Below are positions 13,120 to 25,962 of a DNA stretch of 64,000 nt, in pieces. Each line of letters begins with the position of its first letter. Within the stretch, counting starts at the first letter, position 1. Position numbers and translations under genes: made by a program. Under the pieces are notes generated by a model. That model was not told the DNA's origin and did not search any database. It saw nothing but the letters and a program-made list of their open reading frames with translations. The stretch lies in NCBI GenBank assembly GCA_951406725.2, contig OX597818.1, forward strand, positions 69,502,001 through 69,566,000, in the 5' to 3' direction. This DNA comes from Octopus vulgaris. Its lineage: Eukaryota.

Positions 13120-13854
13120 AGCTACAACAACAACTTCACTTGCCTCAATAGGTCTTCATAAGCGCAGTTTATTGCCCAATGATTGAAGGGTACTTTTAAA
13201 TGGGTTGGTTATGCTGCTCTGGCAGCATAGGCCATGGTTATGGTCTCACTTGGCTTGCTGGGTCTTCTCAAGCACAGCATATTTCCAAAGGTCTCAGTCA
13301 CATGTCATTACCTTGGTGAGGCCCAACATTTGAAGGTCATGCTTCAACACTTCATCCCAGGGTCTTCCTCTTCCACAGGTTCCCTCTACTGCTAGGGTGT
13401 GACACTTTTTCACACAGTTGTCCTCATTCATACGCGATACATCACCATACCAGCACAGTCATCTCTCTTGCACACCACATCTGATGCTTCTTCAATCCAA
13501 CTTTTCTCTCAGAGTGCTTACACTCTATTGTGTGAGCACACTGACATTACACATCCAGTGGAACATACTAACTTCATTCCTTACAAGTTTATGCATGTCC
13601 TCAGCATTCATGGCCCATGCTTCACTGCTGTGTAGCATGGCTGTTCGTACACATGCGTCATACAGTCTACCTTTTACTCTGAGCGAGAGGCTCTTTGTCA
13701 CCAGCAGAGGCAAGAGCTCTCTGAACTTTGCCCAGGCTATTCTTATTCTAGTAGCTACACTCTCAGAGCAACTGACCCCGCTACAGACTGAGTCATCTAG
13801 ACAGTGGAAGCTATCAACTACTTGTAGTTTTTATCCCTGGAATACAATGGAGGC

Positions 13855-13855
<1 letters not shown>
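13120..13855 (-). mobile_element. RTE (BovB-like) LINE ORF2 C-terminal fragment (family C)
   Basis: KGRLYDACVRTAMLHSSEAWAM, RLCWYGDVSRMNEDNCVKKC and [10 protein letters not shown] are typical RTE C-terminal motifs. Confidence 0.9.
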
Positions 13856-13890
<35 letters not shown>

Positions 13891-14744
13891 TTCCATTTGA
13901 AGACTCCACTAGAATGGATGAAAGCGCTAATATATGATTTATGATATATGATTTATAGAAACATGTAACATACTAATAAATATCTGTAAATATAAAACTA
14001 TCCGAATTTCTGAGTACCTCATTTCTTCTAATATAAAATACCTGTACATCATCTCCAAACCTTCTAATATATATATATATATGTATGAGAGAAAACAGAT
14101 GGAGAGAGGAAAAAACACAGAGGGAAAAAATTGTGTGTGGACACATACATATATGTGTATGTATGTATGTATATATGTATGTATGCATCCATACATGTAT
14201 GTGTATGTGTGTGTGTGAATGTGTGTTTAACTGACCTCTTTGCACAACTTTCTCTGCAGCCCACTCCAATAGCTATCATTTCTCTACCGCAGACATCTCA
14301 ATCCCCAATCTAACTTCAGCATTCTGTTGCTGCAATTAAATGTGAGTAGAGCTGCAGTGTACCTTGCTTAGAAACAGGTGAGGGCTGACAGAAGTAAGGA
14401 CACCTGACCATAGAAAATCTACAGCAACAGATCTTGTCATACCTGTGCAAGCATTAAAATGATGACATCGATATAATTAATAGGGGTAGAGGCAGCATTA
14501 ATACCAAACAGTAATCCTGATCTTCCATTTACAGTAGATGTTGTGTTAGAACAGGGAATACTGCATTATTTATCCTGAGAGAACCCCTCATATTATAATA
14601 ATAAATGCTTAATCTGTTGACCACCCTGTTTATATTGCAGGTGGGTGAGAACTGTCCACCACAGCCACTGGAACTGTTAGATCACGTGGTTTCAGCTTTC
14701 TTTGGCCTTGTCAATGACAGATGTCCAGCAAGACAAAGTAGACA

Positions 14745-15090
14745 TCTTTTATCTTTTACTAGTTTCAGTCATTAGACTGCTGCCATGCTGGAGCACCACC
14801 TTGAAGAATTTTAGTCAAACAAATCAACTTCAGTACCAATGCCTGTTACTTATTCGATCAGACTCTTTTTGCTGAGCCGTCAAGGCAGTGGGCAACAAAC
14901 ATAGACACACAGACACACACACACATAGATATATGCATATACCTGGTGGGCTTGATTCAGTTTCCATCTATCAAATCCACTCATAAAGCTTAGGTCAACA
15001 CAAGGCTGTAGTAGAAGATATTTGTCCCAGGTGCCACACAGGGTTATTGAACCTGGAACCATGTGCTTTGGAAGCTTCTTATCACACAGT
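14745..15090 (-). mobile_element. SINE family B copy
   Basis: Homologous to 12428-12875 with an internal deletion. Confidence 0.8.
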
Positions 15091-16374
15091 ATTTCTGCTT
15101 GCAAGCAGCGGTTAGGAGCAAAGTGAAGGCTAGACCACCATTGACGAGATCTGGTGAAGTAAAATGTAGATTGTTTTTATTGTTGCCAATGACTACTTTA
15201 ACATTAGCCATAAAAAGAGTCTTTCGTCCTTTTGCTGTTGAATGTATTACTTGTTTTGTTTTTATGACATCTCATGAATGCCTCTTTGGTGCTGCAAAAC
15301 TTGAAGTAATGGAAAAGCAGTCGACTTTATTAATAATAATAAGAGTAATAATAATACAAATACAAGTACATGTGTTTCTAAGATCTTTACATTGTAGTGC
15401 TTCAACACTCTTCTAATTTCAATATAAATTTTTGCCCGGTTCTGGTAATACATCTGACAATACTAAAAACAAAATACACATAAAAAGACAGCAAAAATGT
15501 TCACTGATTTTATCTCCGCTCTACTAATGGTCATTGCACATGTGAATATTAGAGGGAAAATGAATGTTGAGTCAGATGGTACTAAATTAATTTCAGCTCT
15601 CTAATAACAAGTTCTATGTGAATATTGCTTCTTGTTATGATTTCTCTGTCAACGAAAATTCCCTTTTCTCTTTTCTATTTTTTTTTTCCCAGTAACAACT
15701 CTTCATTTTATTCTGTTTTCAGAAGCATAACAGATGTATTAACTTTGAATTTTATAGAGCCAGTGTTGTTGTCGTTTTTGCTGCTGCTGCTGTTGTTGTT
15801 GTTGTTGTTAAGCAACAAGATGGGTAAGGGTGATTAGGTGATGGTCTAGGGCTTAGGGGCAGGAGACCCCAGACCTTGGAAAAAAAAACTTGGTCGTCTT
15901 GTTGTAGTCGAGCGCTCTTCGTTTACGCCCGATACCACTGGGAGGTGGCCCTCGAAGTCACTGGAAATGGAGATCTCCAGGTCCAAATTCTTGGACGGCT
16001 GCTGCTGCTGCTGCTGTGATTGTTTTCATTGTTTTTGTTTGAGCCCAGATTAGTCTTGATCGGGTGTGTATGTGACATGTTAGTAACCAGGTGAATCATT
16101 GGTTTTCATCCAGTGACATCTTGTTTTAGATGAATCATACTTCTGTGTAATGTTCGACCAACCGTCCACTCAACCCAGCTGGCCTGTGTTGAAGGTGTGC
16201 CGTGTCTATACCCACCAAATTTTGCAGGTGTGAGACATTGACTTCATGATTCCAGCAGTATTATGATACACAATCACCTGGGGTAATTTGTTAGCAAATC
16301 TAATTCATTATCCAGGGAAAACTATTAAACCAGACTGAAGTTATGTACAGAAACAGCTTTTAATATCAACTCAC

Positions 16375-16508
16375 CTGATATCACTGCTGTTCTTTGGTGC
16401 AAGCTTTCTGTTTTGAAATTAAGAGTCTTCCAATAAAATCTCATGCGATGTTTCAAACACCATCTCAAGAACGACAAAGTTGTTTTACTAAATACTTCAT
16501 TTTTTTCT
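16375..16508 (-). other. Candidate 134-nt internal exon
   Basis: Acceptor TTTTGTTTCAATTAATTTTAG|, perfect donor CAG|GTGAGT, unique sequence, one open frame. Confidence 0.45.
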
Positions 16509-17699
16509 CTAAAATTAATTGAAACAAAATCAGTGTTTATCAACAGAAAAGAGTTAAAGAGATCTAAATTAAAACCTTCCATCCAAGTTCTAAGGACTTT
16601 GGAATGGCAGAATCATTAGAGGAAGTGGCAGACTTGATCTAAAAATATTGGTTGCCAGGAGACTAAGGAGGCCCACTTGCAACTGCAATGCTATCATTTA
16701 ATTTCGTTTTGTTAAAAGTATTCTTTTCATCAAGGCTGAAATAATTAATGCATTCTTCTAGGAGTAAATAAAAAAATTCTCAAACTTGAGGGGATGGGTC
16801 CCTTAGATACTAACATAGGCCCCCATATATATGGATTCTAATGGCACAGGGACCTGCTTGCTACCAGGCAAGTTGGTAACCTGACCAGTCTGCCACTGAT
16901 TAAAGGATTGAGACAAAATTCCTGATGACATTTCTACTGGCTTTTTAGATTCTGAGTTCTACTCCAAGTGAGGTCAACTTCAACTTACCTCATGGGGTCA
17001 ATAGATTATTATACCAATTAAATATGGTGTAAAGTTAATCAACTCACCCTTCCCACAAAATTTCTGCTCATCTATAGAATTTGAATTATTTTTGTAACTT
17101 GCTTTGGAAAGACATTGAAATAGCTCCAAAGATTTCGGTAAATCTTTATGTTCTTATTGAATTAAAGAAGCTCCTCTTAAGAATAATTCACATAGAAACC
17201 CTTCTTTGGAAATACCAGAGACGTATTCTTCAAGCTGTGAAATGCTTAAAGGTCTTAGATTTTAGACTTGTTTATCTTTTGTAACTTGTTTGCATTCACA
17301 TCTTCAGCAACAACAACAACAGCAACAACAACAACAACAACAGCTACAACACAGGTGACCACTCCAACGATATCAATGGATGGAACATGTTTTACAAAAA
17401 TTAGAACGAAATCAAACAGTATCAAAATATGCCTCACTAAACTAATAATGTTTACCTCAATAAATGGAAAAAGAAAGGATTATTCCATGGATATTATTAA
17501 CATTGATTTGCAAATTGTGGGTGACGTCATTTGTAGTTGAAAATATTTTTGTGATGTTTGTGTGAACTCACACACCAAGCCACACTGTAAAGCATTAGTT
17601 CTGAAGCCATCCTTTTCTCTCACTCCAACCCCTCATCAATAGCATAAAGATGCCTCCCTCTCAATGTAGCTCCCATCAATCAAAGGAGATTTTAGTCAT

Positions 17700-17932
17700 G
17701 CAGGCAAGCATGGTGGTCTCACTGGTGCTGGTGCCAAGGAAAGAGTACTCAGCATATTCTGTAAAGTGGTTGGCATTAGGAACGGCATTCAGTCGTAGAA
17801 GTAATGTCAAGGTTGTCACTGAATCTTGATGCAGTCTTCAGACCAATCAGATTCTCTCAAACCATTCAAACCATGGCACCATGGAATAGGGACATTAAAT
17901 GACGACGATGATGATGATGATGATGATGATGA
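17700..17932 (+). mobile_element. Older RTE family C 3' end with (GAT)n tail
   Basis: GTGGTTGGCATTAGGAACGGCATTCAG...GGACATTAAATGAC(GAT)n. Confidence 0.7.
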
Positions 17933-19811
17933 ATCATGTATGTGACACCAACCCATCAAAACAGTGAACATGATTAGATTCACATAAAAGACAGGGGTCT
18001 AGAAGGACGATATTAATTAAGGTGGCACTGCCTTGCTTCCAGACAAAATCCAAGAACTGGCAGTCTGTGAAGATTAAAGAATTATTGTGGTTTTCAGTTG
18101 CCTTTAAAAAAATTCATTTTGAAGAGATCCTCTATGTTGTGTGGCGAGAGGTTTATGCTATCTGACTCATTAACTCTTGGTCTGTAGACTGTTTTAGGTC
18201 AGAGAAAGAGTGATTGATTTGCAACACAGAGGGAACCAGTTGAAATATGTGGTTGTAGAGGAACTGGGATGGATCTACAAGTTCCAATGACCCTTGATTA
18301 TCAAAGAATGAACCAGAATTATGCCCAGTTGAGGGAGTAAAAATGAAGAGATTCAAATGATGCATGCCTTAAATTTTGGTTGTTAGAACTGTGTTGTGAT
18401 GCTGTGAAGAACTGGAGAAGTGGAGGGAAAGAAGAGAGGGTGCAAAGAACCTACAGTCTCCGTTTCTAGAACTCTGCTAGTCATAGTTTCAGAGTCTTAG
18501 TTTCTAGAATGCTATCAGGTAGAGTTCAAGTAGCACTGCCATTTGGGAAAGCAGCTTCTCTCTTAGTTCCAGAAACAATGGATTTAAGGTTCAATATCAT
18601 CTTGTAATGTAGAGGGGCAAGAGTTCAAGCCATGAGTAGGGCATGCAGCAACAGAATGTGCCAAAGGAAAAAAGAAAATAGAAAAGGACATCCTGTCTCA
18701 AAGAATATAAATGAACCCAAGAGGAAGATAACCAAAACATCCAGGTTGGTTGCCAAGCAACAGTTTGTGGTTAACACTGCTTCATGCTGGTTTTAAATTT
18801 TGACACAATGTAAGCAAGTTGGGTGGGGGTAGGGGGTGATCGACTCACATCGACCCCAGGGCTCAACTGGTGCTTTATCAACGCAGACAGGAAATTAGAA
18901 CTCAGGATGTAAAGACAGATAAAATGACTAATGGAGGACCTAAACGAGACAAAAGAAAACTTTGGAATCAGATGTGGAGCACACATGAAAAGCAATAGAA
19001 TCCCATAATGGGAAACATTCCAAAGACAGGGTGGTCATCAGATTAAGCATTTATTGTTACCAATGGTTGTATGTGGATCACAACCAAGATATGGAGCTTC
19101 TTTTACCCCCTGCACCACCCACTCAGTCCACAAACTCTTTTCTAATGAGATTTTATCAGCCCCAGAGAGAAACCGGAACAATGAGCGATCATGATCAGAG
19201 CTAATTGGTCATTTCAGCCATTTGGGAGGGACTAAAATTTCAATCATATTGTCTTTTATTCGGTATTTTTTTAACAATTTTTTTTGTCTATTTTTGCATT
19301 ATTTGCAATTTTTCACCCATTTTGCATGTATTACATAACATTATTACTTCTCCCTTAATTTTTTATATTAATTTCCTACCCCCCCCCCTGCATCATTTGT
19401 ATATTGTATACCTCGTATCATGTGTATTTGGACACATTGGATTATGGATACCCAATTGATAGAATCTTCCGAGTGTAACATAAAATGTGGTCGTTTCAGC
19501 TCTCAGTCGTCAGAGCTTGTTGTTGTTGTTGTTGTTAACATTGCCAATGCAATTCGTTGTTAAATCTTGTTGATGTTATTTTTACGCATGCAGTTAACGT
19601 TGCTGCCGTTGTTATTCCAATTATTCATGCCGTTAATGTTGTTGTTATTGCTGTTGCTGTTCATACTTGTGCCATTGTTGTTATAATTATTTAACTATAA
19701 ACGATGCTGCTGGAGCTAATAACTAGCAGCAGGAGTTTACCTAAGATATTAAACACAAAACAAACAAACCAAAAAGAGAAAACGGAACGTTTCGGTTTTA
19801 ATGAAACCCAC

Positions 19812-19944
19812 CTAACTAATCCAGTCATTTTTCTAATCTATTTCTGCTTATTGATCATAAGCCAGTCTATTTAGATGACAACGATAGATAGCGATAGCAG
19901 CGCTCGGCTCTGGCAATAGTTGAATAGCCAGGAAGAGATAAACT
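19812..19944 (-). promoter_or_regulatory. Candidate TSS and first exon
   Basis: Locally CpG-containing unique sequence, an Inr-like TCAGTT (19946-19941), AAAAATG at 19828 and donor TAG|GTGGGT at 19812. Confidence 0.35.
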
Positions 19945-20467
19945 GAACCGAAACCAGCTGGATGGAGGACGGACGAGAAAGAGAAAGAAACAGAGAAGAG
20001 GAGGAAGAGGAAGAGACAGGGGCTGGGGTAGTGGGAAAGAAACAAAGAGAAAGAAGGTAAATGGCCTTCGATGTTGTGCTGACAATTTGTCTAATGACAG
20101 CCTAGCCATAAAAACAGTACCATTTCCTGTTATAATGATTATTGAGAGAAAACCATCTCAGTGTGGAAGACCATAAAGTAAATTAGCTCTGTAGAAATAC
20201 GACTACAATGGGCCACACAAGCTGACAGCCTCCTTCCCAACCATCGGTGAGCCAATGAGGGAGCAGCCACGTGGTGGTCAGCTGAATTACTAGATATAGT
20301 AATCATTACTTCCTCAAACCCCATCACATTGTTTTAGAAAACCACATATAGATATTGTAGACCCAAATTTCATGCATTTAGGAAAATGATAGGTTGGCCA
20401 TAGCCTGTTCTAAGTGAGCTGACGTGAGATATAAACAAACATTATACTTTTTAGATCTTCACATTTA

Positions 20468-20802
20468 TGTCAAATATCCAACCTGCGAACTATTTTTCAT
20501 GTCAAATGTCCGTCCTTGAAAAATTCATCATATCAAATGTCCATCCTGTCAAATACCTATCATGTCAGATATCCAACCTGTGAAATATCCATCATGTCAA
20601 ATACCCACCATGTCAAATGTTTATCATGTGAAATGTCCATCCTGTCAAATACCTATCATGTCAAATATCCAACCTGTGAAATATCCATCATGTCAAAAGT
20701 TCATCATGTCAAATACCCACTATGTCAAATGTCTATCATGTGAAATATCCATCCTGTGAAGTAGCCATCATCTTAAATGCCCATCATGTCAAATGTCCAC
20801 AC
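20468..20802 (+). repeat. 16-bp minisatellite (TGTCAAATATCCATCA consensus), about 21 units
   Basis: Units read directly from the sequence; variant order recurs, giving a higher-order block of about 6-7 units. Confidence 0.9.
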
Positions 20803-21389
20803 CACTCAAACTTAGTAACACTAAACATGTTTCAGACAAAATTTTTGTTGCTGCTACAATGTATTGTTTTAAATCTTTGCAGATTTCAGGTTCCCTCAAA
20901 TACAATTGATGGCTGTCTCCTTCAGGAGGTCACTTCCCAATCACACAACTTTGAATTCAGTTGCACCATATAGCACCTTAAGCAAAACTTTGGCTGCCCA
21001 AAGTCTTGTGAGAGGAAAGTGAAAGAAACCTCTCATTACAGTGTTGGACAAAAATACCCGGTGTGCTTGTTTTAGCTCTTTTCATGTTGAGTTCATATCC
21101 TGGCGAGGTCAACTCTGCATTTTCTCTACATGGAATCAATACAATAAAATACAACACAAATACTGGGGTTCATCCAAATGACTATTACCATTCTACATCA
21201 TCATCATCATCGTTGTCGTCATCATCATCATCATCATCATCATCGATTATTAGGCTCTCTGGCTTGTCCCTCCTAAAGGCTATTATTATCTGTTTGTCAG
21301 TCGAAGTCCCAGAGGATCTGGAACTTTGTACCAAGCATCCATTATCTCATATCCATACTTCTGGCATAGCAGACAGTGAAGGTTTTGGC

Positions 21390-21815
21390 CTTAGCACTCT
21401 GGAAGAAATGCTTAGTAGTATTTCACCTGTCTCTACATTCTGAGTTCAAATTCCTTCAAGTTTGTCTTTGCTTTTCATCCTTTTATGGGGGTCGATGAAT
21501 TAAGTACCAGTGAAATACTGGGGTCGACGTAATCAACTTGTCCCCTCCCACCCAAATTTCAGGCCTTGTGCCTTGAGTAGAAAGGATTGTTATTATTATT
21601 AAGGTGATGATCCAGTAGAGTTGTTAGCACACCAGGCACAATGCTTGATGGGATTTTGTCTGTCTTTACATTCTGGTTTCAAATTCTGCTGAGATCAGCA
21701 TTGCCTTTCATCCTTTCGGGGTCAAGGAACTAAGTACCAGTTGGACACTGAGGTCAATTATTCTGCTCAGCCCTTCCCTTAAAACTGCTGGCCTTGTTCC
21801 AAAATGTGAAAATAT
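21390..21815 (+). mobile_element. Two tandem SINE family A copies
   Basis: Two successive head+core units at about 21390-21590 and 21602-21815, each ending in a short A/T-rich tail. Confidence 0.8.
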
Positions 21816-21825
21816 TAATAATAAT

Positions 21826-22210
21826 GGTGCAGATGTGTCTGTGTGGTAAGCGGCTTGCTCCCCAACCACATGGTTCTGGGTTAAGTGACACTGCGTGGCA
21901 CCTTGGGCTAGTGTCTCCTACTATAACCCCAGGGCACTAAAGCCTTGTGAGTGGATTTGGTTGACAGAAACTGAAAGAAGTCTGTTGTATATACGTCTGT
22001 GTGAGTGTGTGTGTGTTTGTGCCCCTATCACTGCTTAGCAGCTAGTGTTGGTGTGTTTATATGCCTGTAACTTAGCAGTTCAGTAAAAGAGACTGATAGA
22101 ATAAGTACCAGGCATTACAAAATGAAAAATAAGTACTGGGAGGGGGGGTTGATTTATTCAACTAAAACTCCCCAGCATGGCTGCAGTCTAATGAGTGAAG
22201 CAAGTAAGAG
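21826..22210 (+). mobile_element. SINE family B, full length
   Basis: GGTGCAGATGTGTCTGTGTGGTAAG head, GCACCTTGGGCTAGTGTCT core and CCAGCATGGCTGCAGTC 3' part. Confidence 0.85.
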
Positions 22211-23427
22211 ATTAGAGGCAGAAAGGCAGGAAGAATAAGGGGAAATGCCAGAAGTGAAGGAACCTCAAACACAATGGAATTGAAGCCATTTTGGTTTTAC
22301 AGCTGTTCTTTTATTAATTCTAGGTCTTAAATAAAAAAAAAAGAAAATCTTTGGCCACTTTACAAAACCAGTATTGATCATTTTGCTTCATTAAAGGACA
22401 TGCTAACACTGATATAACGAGGGATAAATTCCCTCGTTATTTTATATTTTATTCAACTATGTTAGATATATACGCATTTTTTAAAATTTAAAGCTGTTTT
22501 TTTTTCCGTGTATGATTAAAAAAGAATAAAATAAAAACAATGAGAAAAATATTTAAAACAACCCCAAAAATAAAGGAAAAGTTTTACTTGATATTCACAA
22601 TAATAAATGAGATATCAGAAATCACACATGTGCATGCACACACACACATATTCACATGTATATATGCATGTGTATATGTATTTATGTGTGTGTATGTATA
22701 TATATATATATATATATATGGGGGTGTACATGTATAAATATGAATGTATACCATTATAATCACCAAAATTTTTTTTATATGTCCATGTTTCATGCTTGCA
22801 TGCATCGGATAGATCTGTCAATCCCTCTTTCTTTCTCTCCCTCTATCATTGATGTATGTGTGTGTGTGTGTACATACACACAGAGTTCTTTGTATCTAAT
22901 CGAACGTGTTGATGTATTTTACAGAGAGGAGGAGGAACCAGAACAGAATTCGTTCCATTCCAAAATGTTGATTTGGGTTTTGAATTATTCCAGATTCTAA
23001 CGGACATTAAAAATTCAGCTTGATTAGGAATTCAAGTTGGCAATTGCTTTGTTCTTGCTTTGAATTCCATTACCGTATGTTTCCTCCATGAATAATATAG
23101 CAATTCCCTTCCACATCTCTACTACATTGGAATAGTGGGATCTGAGTTTCGAATCTAGCTTCATCAAGTTATCTTGTTGCTCAGGTCCAGCTCAGCTTCC
23201 TTTTACCAAGCCTATGCTCAAAGACATTCCAGCTGTGACTTTCAGACATTTTAGAAATGTTTTGTATTTTGTTAGAAATTGTGGTTATTGTTCCAGCTTC
23301 AAATCTTACCAGGCACCAACTTTGCTTCTTCATTTCCTTTGCAGACAACAAAATCTTCACCGGTCAAGTATCCATGGCAATTGTTTCAACTAATCTCCTC
23401 ACACTTTGAATATCATTTCTGGAAACT

Positions 23428-23846
23428 TATCAAGATAAACAGTGATGATCTTGCAGGTGGGGCCCAGCTGGAATGTTCTTCAGATTGAGTAGCCCATCCC
23501 ATTCAAAAGGTCCTTGAATAAGGGTTATTTAAGGATGTTATTTAAGGATGTTCAATGAAACATCCATGTTACCAGAAGTGACTTTTCCAAACCCCAAAGA
23601 ATTTCTCTCAACACATGGCTATGATGCTCCCCAACCACTTCTGCTCATGATTAGAGATGCACATATTGTCAACTACCAAGGGACATGCTCATCTATTTAA
23701 GGTCAATCAACTGACAAGCAGATCTGTGTTACTGAGCAGAATATTTGCTGTAGCCCATCTTTTATACCAAGACAAAACAATGTACATAATAACATTCCCA
23801 ATCAGTTAAGATGAGAAGCCATGAGGGCCACTGCCTGGTACTGCAT
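23428..23846 (-). mobile_element. Unclassified (TAA)n-associated interspersed repeat, family E, partial
   Basis: High similarity to 48665-49072; abuts (TTA)n at 23848. Strand inferred from the orientation of the TAA tract. Confidence 0.75.
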
Positions 23847-24004
23847 GTTATTATTATTATTATTATTATTATTATGTTATGGTCATCTTCACCTTTCATT
23901 TTTCAGAGTTAATAAAATAAGTACCATTTGTACTTTGGGGGTCAATGTTTTTGAGACTCACCTCACCTAACCCAAACTTGCTAGCCTTGTGCCAGAATTT
24001 GAAA

Positions 24005-24021
24005 CTACTACCACCACCACC

Positions 24022-24098
<77 letters not shown>

Positions 24099-24212
24099 TA
24101 TTATTATCATTATCATTATCTTTATTATTATTGTTATTATTATTATTATTATCATTATTATCATTATTATTATTATTATCATTATTATTATTATTATTAT
24201 TTTTATTTTTAT
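24005..24212. repeat. Compound (ACC)n(ATC)n(ATT)n microsatellite
   Basis: Read directly from the sequence. Confidence 0.95.
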
Positions 24213-24570
24213 AGCGTGCTTTCACTTCACTACCGAGCGCAGCTCTGTGTGCCTTGGGTATGTGCTGTGATTTGTTGTGATGCTCTGATGGTTATTGTAT
24301 GGAAAGTGTTCTGCGTAGGATGTGTGCAGTGCCTAGTAGTGCAATTTTCTGTATGTTATATGTGTTTGTAAGTCCTGGTGTTTTTGTTATGTATTTGTTT
24401 GAATATTTTTTTATCATGCCTAATGCACCTACTATGATAGGAATTGTTTCTGTTTTCAGATTCCACATTCTAGTTACCTCTATCTCCAGGTCTTTGTATT
24501 TTGAGAGTTTCTCCATTTCTTTTAGAGACACGTTGTCATCAGCCGGTATTGATACATCAATTAGAAAGCA

Positions 24571-24580
<10 letters not shown>
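24213..24580 (-). mobile_element. R4/Dong-clade non-LTR retrotransposon 3' end (restriction-like endonuclease C-terminus plus 3' UTR) inserted in (TAA)n
   Basis: Uninterrupted frame KCFLIDVSIPADDNVSLKEMEKLSKYKDLEIEVTRMW...IPIIVGALG...ALLGTAHILR, flanked on both sides by (TTA)n, the known Dong target. Confidence 0.9.
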
Positions 24581-24603
<23 letters not shown>

Positions 24604-24604
24604 A

Positions 24605-24653
<49 letters not shown>

Positions 24654-25209
24654 TGTTTTTCAGTGAGTGAATGTCTCTTGAAAACAGTTCCAAGAAAATA
24701 TTTTCTAAACACATTTTACAGAATGGAAATTATTTCTTTTTGAATTATTTTACAAAGAATGGACTTTAGGAGCGCCAGAGTGTCTATTTGAATACCTCAA
24801 GTAGACGTAGGGTCTGTTTTAAAATCCGATTGAACCTTTATTGGGTTTACAATAATTTTCAATATGGCTTCCTTTTTGTAGAGTAGTAGTGAGAGTATAA
24901 AACAAGAAAGGGAGTAGCACTAAATATGGCTTTTTTGTAGCAAAACAGTTAAGTACTCAATACATGTAAACAATAAATACATAAATAAAAAATAACAACA
25001 ACAGCAACTACAACAATAATAACAATAATAATAATGATAATAATAATAATAATTTTTTGAATTATATTTGCAGAATTCAAAGAAAGTGAAACAAAGCTTA
25101 AGAAAATAAACCCTCGGCTGCAGAGAATGGTTCTTGACTAAAAATGCAAATTTCCACAACATGAAAGAAACAGCAATAACAATTCACTGGCACACATGGA
25201 CACACAGAC

Positions 25210-25360
25210 AGAGGAGGAGGAGGAGGAGGAGGAGGAGGAGGAAGAAGAAGAAGAAGAAGAAGAAGAAGAAGAAGGAGGAGGAGGACGAGGAGAGGAGAAG
25301 GTGAAGAAGAAGAAGAAGGAGGAGAAGAAGAAGAAGAAGAAGAAGAAGAAGAAGAAGAAG
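25210..25360. repeat. (GAG)n/(GAA)n polypurine tract
   Basis: Read directly from the sequence. Confidence 0.95.
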
Positions 25361-25525
25361 CGGCGTCAATTGCTCCGAACATTTGGTCTCCTTTTGGGAT
25401 ACATTTTCTTTCCAGAACTTTCTTCGAATTCTAATTTCCTCCATTTTTCTCGCAACCTAGCAACAGATATCTTTTATTAGCACATTGTTTATTAAGAATG
25501 TAAACATATTCTAACAACAATATTT

Positions 25526-25962
25526 GGATCTTTTCGGTTTGAACGGCAGTTTTTTCTAGCAGTGTCATATGAAATTGTCACCCATAATTATGACCCTAGT
25601 ATTGATCTATTGCATTTCAATTTGTTTTAGGGTTAGGGTTAGAGTTAGGGTTGGGGAGGGGGTATCTTTTTTTCTTCACAAATGTAAATAAACCCAATCT
25701 GTTTTTTAAACGAGGGACATATTCATATGGCACAGATTGTTTTTTTACCTCAATAGACGCCATTGATTGGTTGAAATTGCAGAAACTGAAGAAAAAAACC
25801 CAACAAATATCTTACCAAATATCTTACCAACTATAGAATTTTCTCAATAAAGCCAAGAGAAAAAGATGTTTTATAAACACATTCTATCAGTATACGAAGT
25901 TTAAAAGTGTTTAGTTACATGGAAATTATTGTTAAAAACTGCCGTTCAAACCGAAAAGATCC
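25526..25962. mobile_element. Young MITE with perfect 29-bp TIRs and 8-bp TSD; internal TTAGGG repeats
   Basis: TIR GGATCTTTTCGGTTTGAACGGCAGTTTTT (25526-25554 / 25934-25962) and TSD CAATATTT on both sides. GG termini with an 8-bp TSD suggest Merlin-like (inference). Confidence 0.9.

Noticed and set aside
14641-14740. Plus-strand acceptor followed by an open frame (VGENCPPQPLELL...)
   Set aside because: No convincing donor, no recognisable homology and no partner exons. Similar isolated plus-strand acceptors at 11743, 22925, 25075, 41357 and 53104 were also left uncalled.
19780-19812. Half-hammerhead GGUUU...AAACC-GAAACGUU on the minus strand
   Set aside because: No CUGANGA upstream and no stem I.
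20468-20802. CRISPR-like periodic array
   Set aside because: Units are contiguous with no unique spacers, no cas genes are present and the context is eukaryotic.
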